Assembly: GCF_001194135.2 (NCBI RefSeq)
Contig: NC_068992.1
Location: 67,859,726 to 67,923,725 of the forward strand
Direction of reading: 5' to 3'
Origin: Octopus bimaculoides
Taxonomy: Eukaryota
Length of the DNA stretch: 64,000 nt
Shown: positions 39,321 through 52,085 of the stretch, piece by piece
Numbering within the stretch: the stretch's first letter is position 1
Layout: each line of letters starts with the position of its first letter
Notes under the pieces: model-generated
What the model was told of the DNA's origin: nothing
Seen by the model: the letters and a program-made list of their open reading frames with translations, nothing else
Databases searched by the model: none
Made by a program: the position numbers and the translations under genes

Positions 39321-39687
39321 GTGTGTGTGGTTATACAAGTTATTTTTATGGCTCATTCAAATTGCGAAAATCTCGTTCAAATTGAAATTTCCAAATTTGT
39401 GATCAAAGCGGTTCTGAAATCTTTGCACAAAGCCCAACGGCATATGCTATGCACATTTGATATTAAATCAGAAAAACTCAAAATAGATTGAGCACTGTTA
39501 CTTAATAGATAGGGAAAATTCCTATTTCGATGCAATAACACTATTTTCGCCATATCCATATATTTACTCTCATATATGCATGTTGCTGTCATACGCACAT
39601 CCGTATGTATATGTATGTAAGTGTATTCATATATCCATATATGTGTGAGTATACATGTATGTACTTTTTTATAAACGTGCGTGTATT

Positions 39688-39743
<56 letters not shown>

Positions 39744-40931
39744 TACAAGGAGAAGATGAGAAATTTAATAGAAATGTGTTCGTCAATTTAAGTTTTAAAA
39801 TCAATTTTTGCTTTATTCTGTGTTCCTTTCACGCTGAGCACTGGTAGCAGACTGACAAATGTGCTCGTTTCATACATAAAATATTTTACAACAGTAACAA
39901 AAATAGCCGTATTTCGCTACCAAAGTGTCAGCATTGACTGAATTTGAAACTAACCATTATCATGTCTTCACTCTTCAAGTGGAATATAGTTGGCGTTATG
40001 CCTAAAAATATAATATTGTAAATTTTCTAGAAAGTAAGAAAAAATACTGAAATTATCTTCGAAATAATTAAACAACTTCCTTTAGCTTTTCAGCAAAGTT
40101 CGTTTCTCTTCAATATATCGTTAGATGAATGCCATATATTTTTCTCTTCGGTGCAGCAGGTATTCGTTGAATATGGCCTCACCCGACAATTACGATAAGT
40201 CTGTATTTTTGTATACACGACGTTAGGTGACAACTAAACTTATTCATCTCCTCTATATATATATATATACAATAACCTATATGATCTAATAAATCCAATC
40301 TAGGTACGCAGTTCGCTATACATATGTTGATTATTTCTTAATAGTTGTTCCATCGATTATTATGATTTCCTTGTGAACTTGTTTATCTACTTGTGCCATT
40401 ATCTAATCCTCCATACACCTGCTACACTCTAAAATTTAACTGACCTCCATGCATAGAAAGATTTATGGCCAATGATGCAACATGGAGAATCATAAACAAG
40501 TATATTCCATTATTGAATTTTCATTCAGCATATTTATCTCTGTTCGTTATTTCTTAGAATAAATCTTGGTAAACTTCTCTGGAAATCTCCTCGTTACATT
40601 TAGGCCAATATATGTGAGACATATTTAAAAGAGTGGAAGATAGCTTGAAGCATTAAACATGGACGAAAATCTATTAACGACATTCCATCCAAACTGCAAA
40701 TAACGCTGCATAAAGATTGTAGATAAGTCATAATCGTTATAAGAAGAATTTTGTGTTAAGAACATCGTAATTGCATAATGTCTTCTCAACACGTATTTAT
40801 ATTAAGACAAAATTTCACCCACGAGAAATATATGTATTTTATATGTTCAGTCGTATTATTCATGTTCAGTTATTGGGTTGTGGTGTACGTTATGTTTCCA
40901 CACTAAAAATAAAGTACTACTATACATTATA

Positions 40932-41042
40932 GGCGCGGAAGTGGCTCTGCGTTGAGTAGCTTGCTTACTAGCCATAGTTCCTGGTTCAGTCTCACTGCGT
41001 GGTACTTTGGACAAGTGTCTTTTGATGATCAACCGGATGCCC
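40932..41042 (+). mobile_element. SINE family A, 5' head
   Basis: GGCGCGGAAGTGGCTCTGCGTTGAGTAGCTTGCTTACTAGCCATAGTTCCTGGTTCAGTCTCACTGCGTGGTACTTTGGACAAGTGTC: tRNA-like A/B boxes and homology to the other copies. Confidence 0.8.
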
Positions 41043-41914
41043 ACGGATAATACTAACTATAGTGTACTAATCCCGAGGATACCGACTCTGATGTTAAAAT
41101 CATGTGATTTGTAAAAATACGCGTAGCGGTGTATCAAATATTTACAAATTCTATTGGACCACATTTATAGCTTATTATTTAATGTGGCCATGACATGACA
41201 TTTATGTGACATAACAAATCTTAGGGCCGTTTCCGCATACGATGCCAGTCAACGTCTATAAATAATTGCGAAAATAAAATTCCTTATCTTCATAGGACAT
41301 TCGAACCAGAGCACGGTGCTTCATCAGAGTAAAACAATAGCATCCACAGTACAAAAGGAAGAAGGAATAGGAAAGAAAACATGGCCTAGAAAAGAAGTTT
41401 GGAAGCCCAAAATATTAAAAACATATAATCCACCACCTTAGGAGTAAGAAGTCCATAGGTAAGAGAGTGAACTAGTACTAGTCTAGAGAACAAAAAAAAA
41501 TACGGTTAATTCTAATATAAGACGAGACCAAGATGTTTTCAAAGTTATGAAAAGTAATTATCAATAAAATTATAATACAAGGAAACTTAATTGTCAAAGG
41601 GCATTGGCTATGCTAGCGAAGAAAACTCGAGCTAAAATGAATCCAAAACATTACCGTAGGGTGCTTAAGATAGTGTACTCCGAGAAATATTACACAGAAT
41701 CCCACCTGTTGTCTGGAAGGGGACAGGTTAATTCCAGCGATCTCTACAATTGGTCCATTATATTTGAACCGAAGGCATAAGTTAAAACTGCTTCAATGGA
41801 TATGTAAATAAAGATAAAATAAATAATAAAATACGTAAAGGATATGAGGAAGACGACAATGATATAAGTGTTACGGGGCCGCTTTTGTCCCTCTGCAGCT
41901 TATCGATATAACAT

Positions 41915-42094
41915 ACATGGGAGAAGGAGAGTCTGCCTAAAGTGGATGCAACAGAGGGACCATCAATACTAATAGAGAGTAGCGTGGTACACAAAGACAT
42001 GAAGGATATGAAGAAGGGGAAAGTCCCCTGCCCATCAGGAATAACCACTGAGATGCTTAAAATATCTGACGGTGTAGGCTATGGTCTAGTCATC
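41915..42094 (+). mobile_element. RTE-clade LINE fragment (pre-RT / RT start)
   Basis: WEKESLPKVDATEGPSILIESSVVHKDMKDMKKGKVPCPSGITTEMLKISDGVGYGLV is a degenerate K.MK.GKAPGPSGI..EMLK motif. Confidence 0.75.
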
Positions 42095-42348
42095 AGTTGG
42101 TAGTGTCATGTAAATGGCACCCGGGAATTGTAGTTGTGGCCGTTACCAGTGCCATGTAAATGGCAACCGTGCCGCGATTGTACTCTCGGAGTGGCTGCTG
42201 TTAGGAAAAGCATCAGTTGTAGAAACCATGCCAAATCAGACTGGAATCCGGTGCAGCTCTCCGGATTACCAGTTCCGGCCAAACCACATAACGCATGCCA
42301 GCACAGTAAGCGGACGTTAAATGCCGATGATGACGATGGTGATGATTA
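42095..42348 (+). mobile_element. RTE-type 3' tail (SINE or LINE end) with (GAT)n-like tail
   Basis: CTCGGAGTGG...TTAGGAAAAGCATC...TAGAAACCATGCC...GCATGCCAGCA...CGGACGTTAAA followed by GATGATGACGATGGTGATGAT. Recalled as a widespread RTE-related retroposon tail. Confidence 0.65.
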
Positions 42349-42881
42349 TATGTGCGTGTGCGTGTATGTAAGTGTGTGTGTATGCATGCATGTATGTATG
42401 TACGTACATATATATATATAATGCTCATACGTAATATTGCCTACATCAGACCAAATCCTACTTCGTGTTCTATGTATCGGAGATTGGAAGGAGATATTAT
42501 AGGGAATGTACTTCACACCAAATTATTTCTCACCTTCTCTCACTCAAAAAATATGCACTGATCAGAGTTACGTTTGAAGTAGATGAAAGCTTTCAGAATG
42601 TACACAAGAAAGATAGGAATAAAGTTAAACGGTTTTGCTTTAGATATTCAATGAGGGTCAATGCATGAAGTTTGTTCCGAATTATGTCTTTCCCAGCAAT
42701 CGACCACAGAAAGCATAGTTAATTGGTATATATGCGTTGGTCAAGAGTTGTTATTTTTTCCTCGGCATCAAACCGAAGTCAACCAATGTCCATCAACGCA
42801 TTGCCTACATAGACGCATTCGTATACGAAACACCGTAACATTCTATGCTTGCTCGGGACTCTATACGAGTTGTGCAGAGGT

Positions 42882-42933
<52 letters not shown>

Positions 42934-43335
42934 NNNNNNNNNNNNNNNNNNNNNNNNNNNNNNNNNNNNNNNNNNNNNNNNNNNNNNNNNNNNNNNNNNN
43001 NNNNNNNNNNNNNNNNNNNNNNNNNNNNNNNNNNNNNNNNNNNNNNNNNNNNNNNNNNNNNNNNNNNNNNNNNNNNNNNNNNNNNNNNNNNNNNNNNNNN
43101 NNNNNNNNNNNNNNNNNNNNNNNNNNNNNNNNNNNNNNNNNNNNNNNNNNNNNNNNNNNNNNNNNNNNNNNNNNNNNNNNNNNNNNNNNNNNNNNNNNNN
43201 NNNNNNNNNNNNNNNNNNNNNNNNNNNNNNNNNNNNNNNNNNNNNNNNNNNNNNNNNNNNNNNNNNNNNNNNNNNNNNNNNNNNNNNNNNNNNNNNNNNN
43301 NNNNNNNNNNNNNNNNNNNNNNNNNNNNNNNNNNN
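42934..43335. other. Assembly gap (N run)
   Basis: N run between (TA)n and (GA)n. Confidence 1.
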
Positions 43336-43355
43336 AGAGAGAGAGAGAAAGAGAG

Positions 43356-43404
<49 letters not shown>

Positions 43405-44488
43405 GAGAGAAAGAGAGAAAGAGATAGAGATAGATAGATAGATATGTGTGTGTATATATACGATTTGTGTTGCAGAAGCAATCATTGATTAAAACGAAAC
43501 GCTTATACGTTTACAAATGTACTAGAAAAATATAGGTGATACAGCTTTTTTTTATCCACGTCTCCTTAACGCATTCGTAACTAAAAGAAGCTTTTCGAAA
43601 TTTATATTTTCGAAAAAAAAAATTCCTTCTTTCTACATTTCCAATAAAACATAATTGCATTTTCAATTCAAGGGAAAAGTATTTTCGATAAATTTCCGAT
43701 ATTTCCTAACTTTCTCTTTACTTCGTCAATAGTTGTTTTAATGAAGAATGTTAAAATAGCAAGAAAAATACGTTAAATTATCATGATATTGCGTACGTAT
43801 TCATCGATTACTTTAGATAAAGCAAAATTGAAAATATGCAGTTGAGAAGGTGAGTAAAAAAAATAAATTCCATATATAATATTCTGCAGTACAATTCTTC
43901 CGAAAAAAAATATCAAAGTCTGTTTTATTTATACAATTTAATAAAATATTAAAATCGATAAAAGAAAAGAGAAACGAAATAGTTTAATGATACAAACTGA
44001 TAGAGAAATACATATATTATGTAAGAAATAGATATGCATGCGTGTGTGAGTTTAATTTCAATAAATCAGAACTTTCCTGAATATAATAAATATACTTCAA
44101 ACACAGTCCAATGTTTGCCAGTTATTTTTAATGGCCATTGTCGTTTCAATTATTCAAATTAGGTTATAAATATATTTTCCGCTTGTATATTTCACTGTAT
44201 ATCGTTCTGGCGGAACCTTGGTAGACCAACGACTGTGATTATAATAACCACTGAGGCAGTAACATAGGCCAACAGCTATACTCATAAATTGAAATAATCA
44301 TACTGTGTTCCTCAGCAACATTCTGAGTTTGGAGATTATTTGATTTGTGAAATTATCTCCCCTTTTTATTTACTTCAAGCGGTGTGATAATTTAAATAAT
44401 TGAAGAATCCAAATTGAATGTTCTTTTGAGGAGAGAGAGGGAGAGAGAGAAGGAAAGATAGATAGACATACATACACATACATGTGTG

Positions 44489-44542
<54 letters not shown>

Positions 44543-46431
44543 GAAACACAGCGGAAATAACTTAGCAATTTAGCAAAGCGAATCGTTACAATTGATGCTA
44601 AACCCTGAAAGAAGAGACAAAAACCAGAATGAAAAATAACAATAAAAGAGCACGAGATAAAAACAAATATCATTAGTTATACTTTAACTTTCAGCGGAAG
44701 CAACAACGAAATATTCTCTGACATATAAGTATGCAAGCTGTATTAATAAATATCGCAGCATAGTACATATATATGCACTTGTCGAATTTATACAGTCTGA
44801 GAAGTTTTTTCTACCTGATTTATTTACTTCGCGTATACAGAATATTTATACTCCAATTTGGCGAGTGTATATATATATATATATATATACATCCACATAC
44901 ATATGATAGTTTATAACCGATCGCTACATTTCAGCAGTTTTCACAGACGGTTTCTACATCAATTCGTCCTGAGCAATATTTAAACATAGAAAGGTAAATG
45001 TATATAGCACAGATTACAACGAAAAGCATTTGTTGATCTACGGAAGCTGCAATTCTGCAGTAATCAATAAACGTGATCTTTTAGGTAATGGCGCAGAAGA
45101 CTCAAATCATTTTCAACAAATTTAAAGCGATCCCGGATGTCATAATAGCAAAAATCCCCTCTTTAAACTTTAAAAGAGTGTACAAGTTATTTTATAAGAT
45201 TTTATCTATAAAGATTAATTTAGCATAAACAGAAGGGAGATATTTTATCTAACCAAATAAGCATTCACACTCCAGATTATATTCTCAAATGCATTCGATC
45301 GCTAATTTTTCTAAGTTATATCAAAATTGATAAAGCAAACATATAAACGATTACAAAACCAGTTTGCAAGAGTGTATTCTTTTTTCCCATTTACGGGGAA
45401 GGAGCTGAAGAGCCAAATTCCTTCAAAGTATTTCGAGCGGTTATTTATGTTAAATAAGTGTTACCACATATATAAGTATCTTGTTATGTTATATATACAT
45501 TCTTTTGAAATATAGATAAGTATTTGATAAGATCCATATCGTATAGTAATGGAATCACATTAGTTTTCTTTAGCAATTTCCTTTCCACATTACATTCGAG
45601 GCAATGTATATCGTGTGAAGGCTCTTTCATTTCGCTAAATACATAAAAATATATTTGTGTTAAAATGTTTTAGCTAAAAGCAATCATTAAACTAAAAATC
45701 GACGCTCACAACTCATACCAATTTGCTTTTCAATATATTTCTAACAGATCTGTTCAGATATCACTGATATCTTAACTGATATCTTCACTGACTTCTACTT
45801 TTAGGTTGAACGATACTTCACAATGTGGTGCAATTTATTCACACATAGCAATAGATTCATTCTATAATAGTGTCATCTACAACTCAGTTATCAAGATCAC
45901 ACTGTTTAATAATTGGTTTTTCTGAGTTTGCTAAGTAATATGAACGAGGTTTTCAAAATAAAGCAAGAAATAATGGATCTGAATCCAACAGGAAGTTTCT
46001 AAATTCATCCTTTTGAGCGTTTTGCGATAAAAAGAAAAAAAACATCTTTACCTAAATTCTCAAGAAGCCGAATGTAGAATTTTGATACGTATACAGGTAA
46101 CACAGCAACATACATTCCAGAAAAGTGGTAAATATGTAAAAAGATTTTTGATCCACAGTTATATATTCGGTTTTATTGGTGTTTCTTCCTGTTGAAGTTA
46201 ATTAATTATATTTCTATAGAAGTAAAACTATAGTAACATGTTACTCGCACGATTTTCTCTCGCTCTTCCTACATCGATCTAACACCCTGTTTTGTTATAT
46301 ATAAATATATAATTGTTATTAAGTAATGCGAAATAACTTTTAGCCATTAACATGCTACAGGTAAACAGGTGACAATGTAAGAAAATATAAATAACGAATT
46401 ATCGGAAGAATAAAAGCAATCCAAATATCGT

Positions 46432-46465
<34 letters not shown>

Positions 46466-46929
46466 TAAGTGTGCTTCAGTGCGTGTGCGTGAGTATGTGT
46501 GTGCATTGTAAGTTCAACTTTGCTTCTTGGCATTCGGGGACGATAAATAAGTTACTTGTCCACCGTAGAAATCTATCCTTACATCTGGCTCACTCTTTTA
46601 CATTGTTTCCTGTCTTGACAAATCAATTGTGCTTTGTTCTGAGAGTGGATGGATATCTCCACGTCTAAAAAATGTATAAAACAATACATCCGTTCTACGA
46701 CGCTGGAAATGGCTTGATACCAAGATGAAAAGAACACAAGACAATCCAAGAATCGGTAAAAGTGATTCATTCGTATACAGTCGCGATATATGAAAGGTGA
46801 ATATATTTATTTAACTACTGTTATACTTAGTGATACGGCTCTTTCGCAACTCGAAAAATGTTGTTATGATTTTTATATCAAACATTATTTCCCATACCTG
46901 AAGAAATAGACATGCTGCGTATTGTACAG

Positions 46930-47365
46930 AATACACCACTCCGCTCTCACTATCTCCAAACACTGATTCACATTCTTATCTTAATTTCTCCCCTCACCCT
47001 ACCCAAACCAAGCTCTCCATCCCCTACTCTCAATTCCTCCGTCTGCGCAATCTCTGTAGTGACAACCGTGATTTTGAGACTCAGCCTCAACTCATGACTC
47101 GCTACTTCATCTTACGTGGATATCCTCTCGCCACTATCCATACTGCCTTTGCCAGAGCTCGATCTGTGGACCGTGCCTCTGCTCATTCTGATCGCACCCG
47201 TCCTGCCGTTGCCCGTCTTTTGTTTCCCTCACCCCACCACACCTCCATCCTGCCCCTCCAGCACACTATTCATCGAGTCCGACCCCTCCATCTCGCACAT
47301 CTACTCCAAACTACCCCATCCCTTCTTCAATCGAGCCCATAAACTGCGTGACATCCTGGTTGCAT
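46930..47365 (+). mobile_element. Penelope-like element fragment (RT thumb and linker), one frameshift
   Basis: TDSHSYLNFSPHPTQTKLSIPYSQFLRLRNLCSDNRDFETQPQLMTRYFILRGYP...ARAR, then IESDPSISHIY...FNRAHKLRDILV. These are diagnostic PLE motifs (HP...K.SIPYSQFLRLR..CS; RGYP; R..NLRD.LV). Confidence 0.88.
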
Positions 47366-47545
47366 TTCCAGTTTTACAATGTCATCAGGGTCCTTGACTG
47401 CCTGTGATAATTTTGTATCATCAACAGAGATGGTGGGAGTCGCTGACTGTACTGTTGGGAGTATCTCTGGCAGTATTTCTAGGAGAACCACCACAAAGAA
47501 GATTGGTGTCAGTACTGGTCCTTCAGGGATTCCACATTTCAAAAG
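47366..47545 (-). mobile_element. CR1/L2/Jockey-group LINE RT fragment (domains 4-5)
   Basis: CGIPEGPVLTPIFFVV...TVQSATPTISVDDTKLSQAVK is a degenerate GVPQGSVLGP.LF...YADDTK. Confidence 0.8.
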
Positions 47546-48801
47546 GTATCTTTAGTTTTATTGATTTCAATTAATATTTGATACATATATTTTTATATGG
47601 TATTATAACAATATTATATATAAGAATTATTTTCAATATACCAATATAATTTATAATTTATATAATAATTTATAAAATAATCCTTATTTGATTTCATTTT
47701 ATATTATATTATATTATATTTAGACTAACTTTTTTCTCTGTTTTACCTTTTACATAAGTCTGTAATGTAATATTTTATAAAATTATGTTTAAAAACTCAT
47801 ATTTTTTATATTTTATATTATTAAATGTTTATGTATCTATATACCCTCTGATACAGTTGTGTAGCTTATATAGCTTATAAAGAGTTGATAATCTTTTTTC
47901 ATAAATCTAATTGTATAATACAATATTATATTATATATTTAGAATTGCATATTATGTTTTGTAGAATTTTTAATATAAAAATTTGATATTTTTATACATT
48001 TATATATCCTTTCATATACTTCCTAGCGTTTGTAATTTATAAATAATTTGTTCTATGGTCTTTATATATGGTCTTTATATAACTTACTAGATATGGGAAT
48101 ACTTATATTAATAGGTTTTTTAACCGTGCAATATTCATGAAATGATTACATGCCAAAATTGTTTAATATATTGCTTCCGAATGTACTCCCTTATACATTT
48201 CGTATACCTCTAATTCAATTACCTCTTATATTCGATACCATATCTTACGACATATACTTATCCTCCCGTAATGAAGAAAACAGTTCTTGTTATAGATTTA
48301 ATAAATACTATGTATTTCTTTTATATAACAATTCAATTCAGTTATACATTCTATAGAATGATTTTTTCATTACCATTTCAATTTGCTTAAGAAAAGTCTT
48401 ATTAGTTCTTAATTACAGTATCGCATTATTAGATTTTAAGTTAAATTTCTGTCCTTATTCTATATATTGATTAAAGTTATCTCAATTTAATATAATAAAT
48501 TTGCTAAGTTATAGATAACTACCCATAGTTTTAATTGGATATTGAAACTGCATTCTTTAAGTTGCACATGTTGTAGATTACATTGAAAAACGACACAAAA
48601 TGCACGTATTACTCTCCATTCCTACGCATTTATATTTCATGTGACTGTTGTATATTTCAGGAAGTAAAAGCAATCGCGGTATGTTTATTCGAATGAATTT
48701 CGAAATATCATTCATAGAAAGTAACTGGTAATATATATTCTGCAAATATCTCGATATATCGTATATAATAAACAACTTATTAAAATCAAAGACATTCTTA
48801 C

Positions 48802-48864
48802 CTCGTACCATTTTATAATGGACTCAGATTTATTTTCCATGGCTATTTCCTTCTCAAATTACAT
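48802..48864 (-). CDS. Candidate start-codon exon (MENKSESIIKWYE)
   Basis: Minus strand acceptor CTTTCCAAATCTAACAG, GCCATGG Kozak context (ATG 48840-48838) and donor GAG|GTAAGA. No homology was recognised. Confidence 0.25.
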
Positions 48865-49564
48865 CTGTTAGATTTGGAAAGTATTAGCACATAAAATTCA
48901 TGTCTAGGAATGTTTGAACTAAAAGCAATCTCTAAGGATTGGAGGACACTCACTCATAGGAATTTACGTCTCGTTTTGTATCTAAAATATCAGCATAGAT
49001 AACTGTAGTAACTTAAATGCTCACGTACATCTTTTAGATTTTATCTCCCTTAAGAAACTCGATAAAATACTTGACACACAGGAATACCTCGTTTGTATAA
49101 CGTGCGTCATCTGCAATTTTTGTCCTGATCACACAGTGAATTGCTTGCATTTATTGCCTTCAGCCATAGATCAATGCACAAAACATAAAAAAAAAAAGTT
49201 AAACGGTTAAACATTTCTGACCTCAAATGATTAGGAATGTTTCACCTGAGAATGATACACGATTGAATAGAATAATGACGTTTAATACACATATCTACAA
49301 ATAGAACAGGGTGATACACGTAGATTATTACAATACAAGCGATAGAGTGGCCTGTATATACCGGATTAACTGGCCAAAACTTTAATGTGTTTTGCCCCCG
49401 TCACGATCTAAATCTGCCCGGGTTAATTGTAAATTTGAAATCAACAGACTTAGTGAATTGATAATGACTTCCATATTTATGATTTTCCCTTATGTACCTT
49501 TCAATAGCGTATATAATATAATTTTTTAGAGGTCACAATACACGTATTAAAGAGCTACTAATAG

Positions 49565-49655
49565 TTACATGTTTTTTTTGTGGGATGCCACAGGCATTGT
49601 GCTTGTTGACGAGTTTCAAAATGGCCACACCATCAATGGAGAGTATTATGATAAT
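49565..49655 (+). mobile_element. Mariner transposase catalytic-domain fragment
   Basis: WDATGIVLVDEFQNGHTINGEYY corresponds to WD..G....D.L..G.TIN..YY. Confidence 0.8.
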
Positions 49656-49884
49656 GTAAGTTTTAAATTTTAAGAAGGTATGAAAAGTTATAATAAAAAA
49701 AAAAGAAATTAAATTTAAATTTAAGGTAACAGGGTATTGAAATATTTCAAAATTATGAAGCCACAAATGAAAAAATTACGAAATGAATAGAAAATAAAAT
49801 TAAAATGGAAATTAAATACAGACATAAATTTATAAATTATAGAAATTATAAATAAAAAATTGAAATATTATTAGATAACAAAAG

Positions 49885-50515
49885 TATTCGTCTTTTGCCA
49901 GTTTCAGATCTTGAGATGCAGTCATGCGGGGGCACCACCGTTTGATTTGCTACACTTTCACAGAATCTCCTCCGATATGTGGCATTTGGTGGATGAGCGA
50001 GTTTGATGTTGCTACCCACATCTGATTTTCTTGCCGCAAAGTAAGATCATCAAGAACTCTTGAGAAAATGAAACCCAAATTTGTTTCGAAGACGTCTACA
50101 TTCACTTCATGTAGGTTTGTTAGGTTTTCTAGGAGGATATTAAAGAGCTGTGAGCCTTGAAGTCAAAGCTGTTGCAGTATCTGGTTTTGTATCCTGATGG
50201 CAATGTTGGGATATTTGGTATTGATAAAGTGGTGCCTTATTCTGCTCTTTGTAATTTACAACTCTAAAGATTGGTATAAGTTCTTATAGGACTTTCCAGA
50301 TCATGTCAATGCGTATCTTTCCCAGCTTCCTTCTTGTATTTTTCAATCCCTTCAAGTTCCTGACACATTGCATTGAAACGATCTTTTTTTGTGTAGCTTC
50401 TCTGGATTGCTTTGAGTCCCTTCATCAATTTTACTCTGGGTAAAATGTCCTCCAGGGGACCCTCACGGTTTCTTGTTCCTCCGTTCTGAAAGTTTGAAGG
50501 ATCCATTCCGGCCAA
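49885..50515 (-). mobile_element. Unclassified LINE-like 3' end (degenerate ORF C-terminus plus SINE-A-like tail)
   Basis: The frameshifted minus ORF DILPRVKLMKGLKAIQRSY...IPTLPSGYK/PDTATALTSRL...MWVATSNSLIHQMPHIGGDSVKV* stops at 49952-49950. It is followed by GGTGGTGCCCCCGCATGACTGCA...CTGAAACTGGCAAAAGA, similar to the SINE tail at 55073-55127. Confidence 0.6.
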
Positions 50516-51062
50516 CGGCTTTCATTTAATTGGTGGAACTGAGCTCGTAACCATGTGGTTGGGTAAACATAATCCTTGTGTAGATATATCCCCATCTACA
50601 CACGTTACAACTTATGCAGAAAATAATTGACAAAGTGAGTGGGTGAGTGAGTGTGTGTTTATTTGAGGGATAGAGAGAGAGAGAGATACGGAGAGGACGT
50701 GAGACAGTATGCTTTTACCTTTGATAATTTTAAACATTAAAGAGAGACTGAGAAGAAAAATTGAAAGAAACTAATCAGTTGATTAATTAATTAATTAATC
50801 AACCAATTCCGATACTGAAATGGAGAGCAGCGTGCATTAAATCAAAAGGTATAAAGCGCAAAATCTTACCGGTTTTGTATCAAATTTCCGTGTCGAACGA
50901 GCAACACAAATGTAAACAAAACAGAAAAAATTACGTCTACTTCGCAAAATTAAAACTCGTAACCTTTTCGCTGCATAGAAAGAACTCTTCTAGGAGTCAA
51001 TTACATACGTCCGTTCAATATTATTGTTAATCAACGAAGTGACGAGGTTTTCCTGAGAACTG

Positions 51063-51790
51063 TATTGGGCCATCCCATAAATAATGCTGTGTTTTCCATT
51101 GCATGAACTAAAAATCGGAAGGGAACGGCATAAACTAACTCCAGCAACATGCAATAAAAGCAGGTAATAAATTTACCTTTATTTATTCTTAGTGCATGTT
51201 TTGAAGAGTGCAGTTCGATCTTAACAGATATTTCTTCAAAGCTATAATGGAAGTGAAAAAGGAGCATATTCGCCATATTTTGTGTTATGAGTTCAATAAA
51301 GGCTACAATGCAACGGAAAGTACGAAGAATATTAATGCAGTATATGGGGGTTGGACAATAAGCTTAAGCCGGTGTTAACGGTGGTTCCAGAAATTCCGAG
51401 CTGGAAAGAACGGTCCGGAAGAGTAGCCTCGTTCTGGAAGATATTTAGAGCTCGACGAGCTTGTCCTGCAAGACCGTGAGGGAACAAAATCCCATTGTAA
51501 CTGTTGAGGAACTCTCAGAGAAGTTTAAACTTAGTCATTCAACCAATCATTCATGTCAGCCATAGGACTTATAAGAGTTGTTCTGCAAGTTCAGCGCCAC
51601 AGCACCACATCTAGGGTAACTTTAAGTTCAAGACCTGGATTATTTAATTTCTCAGGCAGTTACGTCCAAGTCCATTTGTGTTCTGCGATACGGCTAGGGC
51701 AACGTCTCTGTAGATGCGAAAGGAAAATATCATACAAACGTGTCAAGTATAAATAGGCCAGAATAAACCCACATTCATGCGGAAGCAATT
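51063..51790 (+). mobile_element. Mariner 5' half with left TIR
   Basis: TA then TTGGGCCATCCCATAAATAATGC (TIR-like) at 51063. ATG at 51247 gives MEVKKEHIRHILCYEFNKGYNATESTKNINAVYG...RWFQKFRAG...PRSGR...QNPIVTVEELSEK, the two mariner HTH motifs. Confidence 0.88.
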
Positions 51791-52085
51791 TTTAATGTCT
51801 GGGCTGTGAACCAATGTAGAATTCTCGCTGAAGGTCATTGCGTTTCTGGCTTGGAATATATTCTCTGTATCGGATTCATTAACCGTGGCATGTCTACTTG
51901 TTTAGTATCAAAACCTCAGCGTCCCTAGTAATACCATGAAAAACATGGGGACTTAGCTTTATCATAGTTAGTTCTGGAGAAGTTGTGCATATACACAATG
52001 GTCGTCAAGATAGAAACGGGGTAATGCCAGAGAAAAGATCCGTAAGTTTACATACATATATACATACGCGTATATATATATATAT

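Noticed and set aside
41290-41335. Hammerhead-like CTGATGA...GAATGTC on the minus strand
   Set aside because: Core is non-canonical, stem II is mismatched and the flanks cannot form stem I.
42661-43485. Longest ORF-track entries (258, 226, 206 and 192 aa; also 59240-60016 and 13818-14190)
   Set aside because: They are open only because they run through N gaps and (TA)n/(GA)n repeats.
44970-45125. Lipocalin-like VYSTDYNEKHLLIYGSC peptide
   Set aside because: Only 48 codons, with no start, no good splice sites and no other lipocalin motif nearby; likely chance.
47850-47920. Mitochondrial tRNA or NUMT within the AT-rich island
   Set aside because: No anticodon arm or acceptor stem could be folded and no mitochondrial ORF was found.
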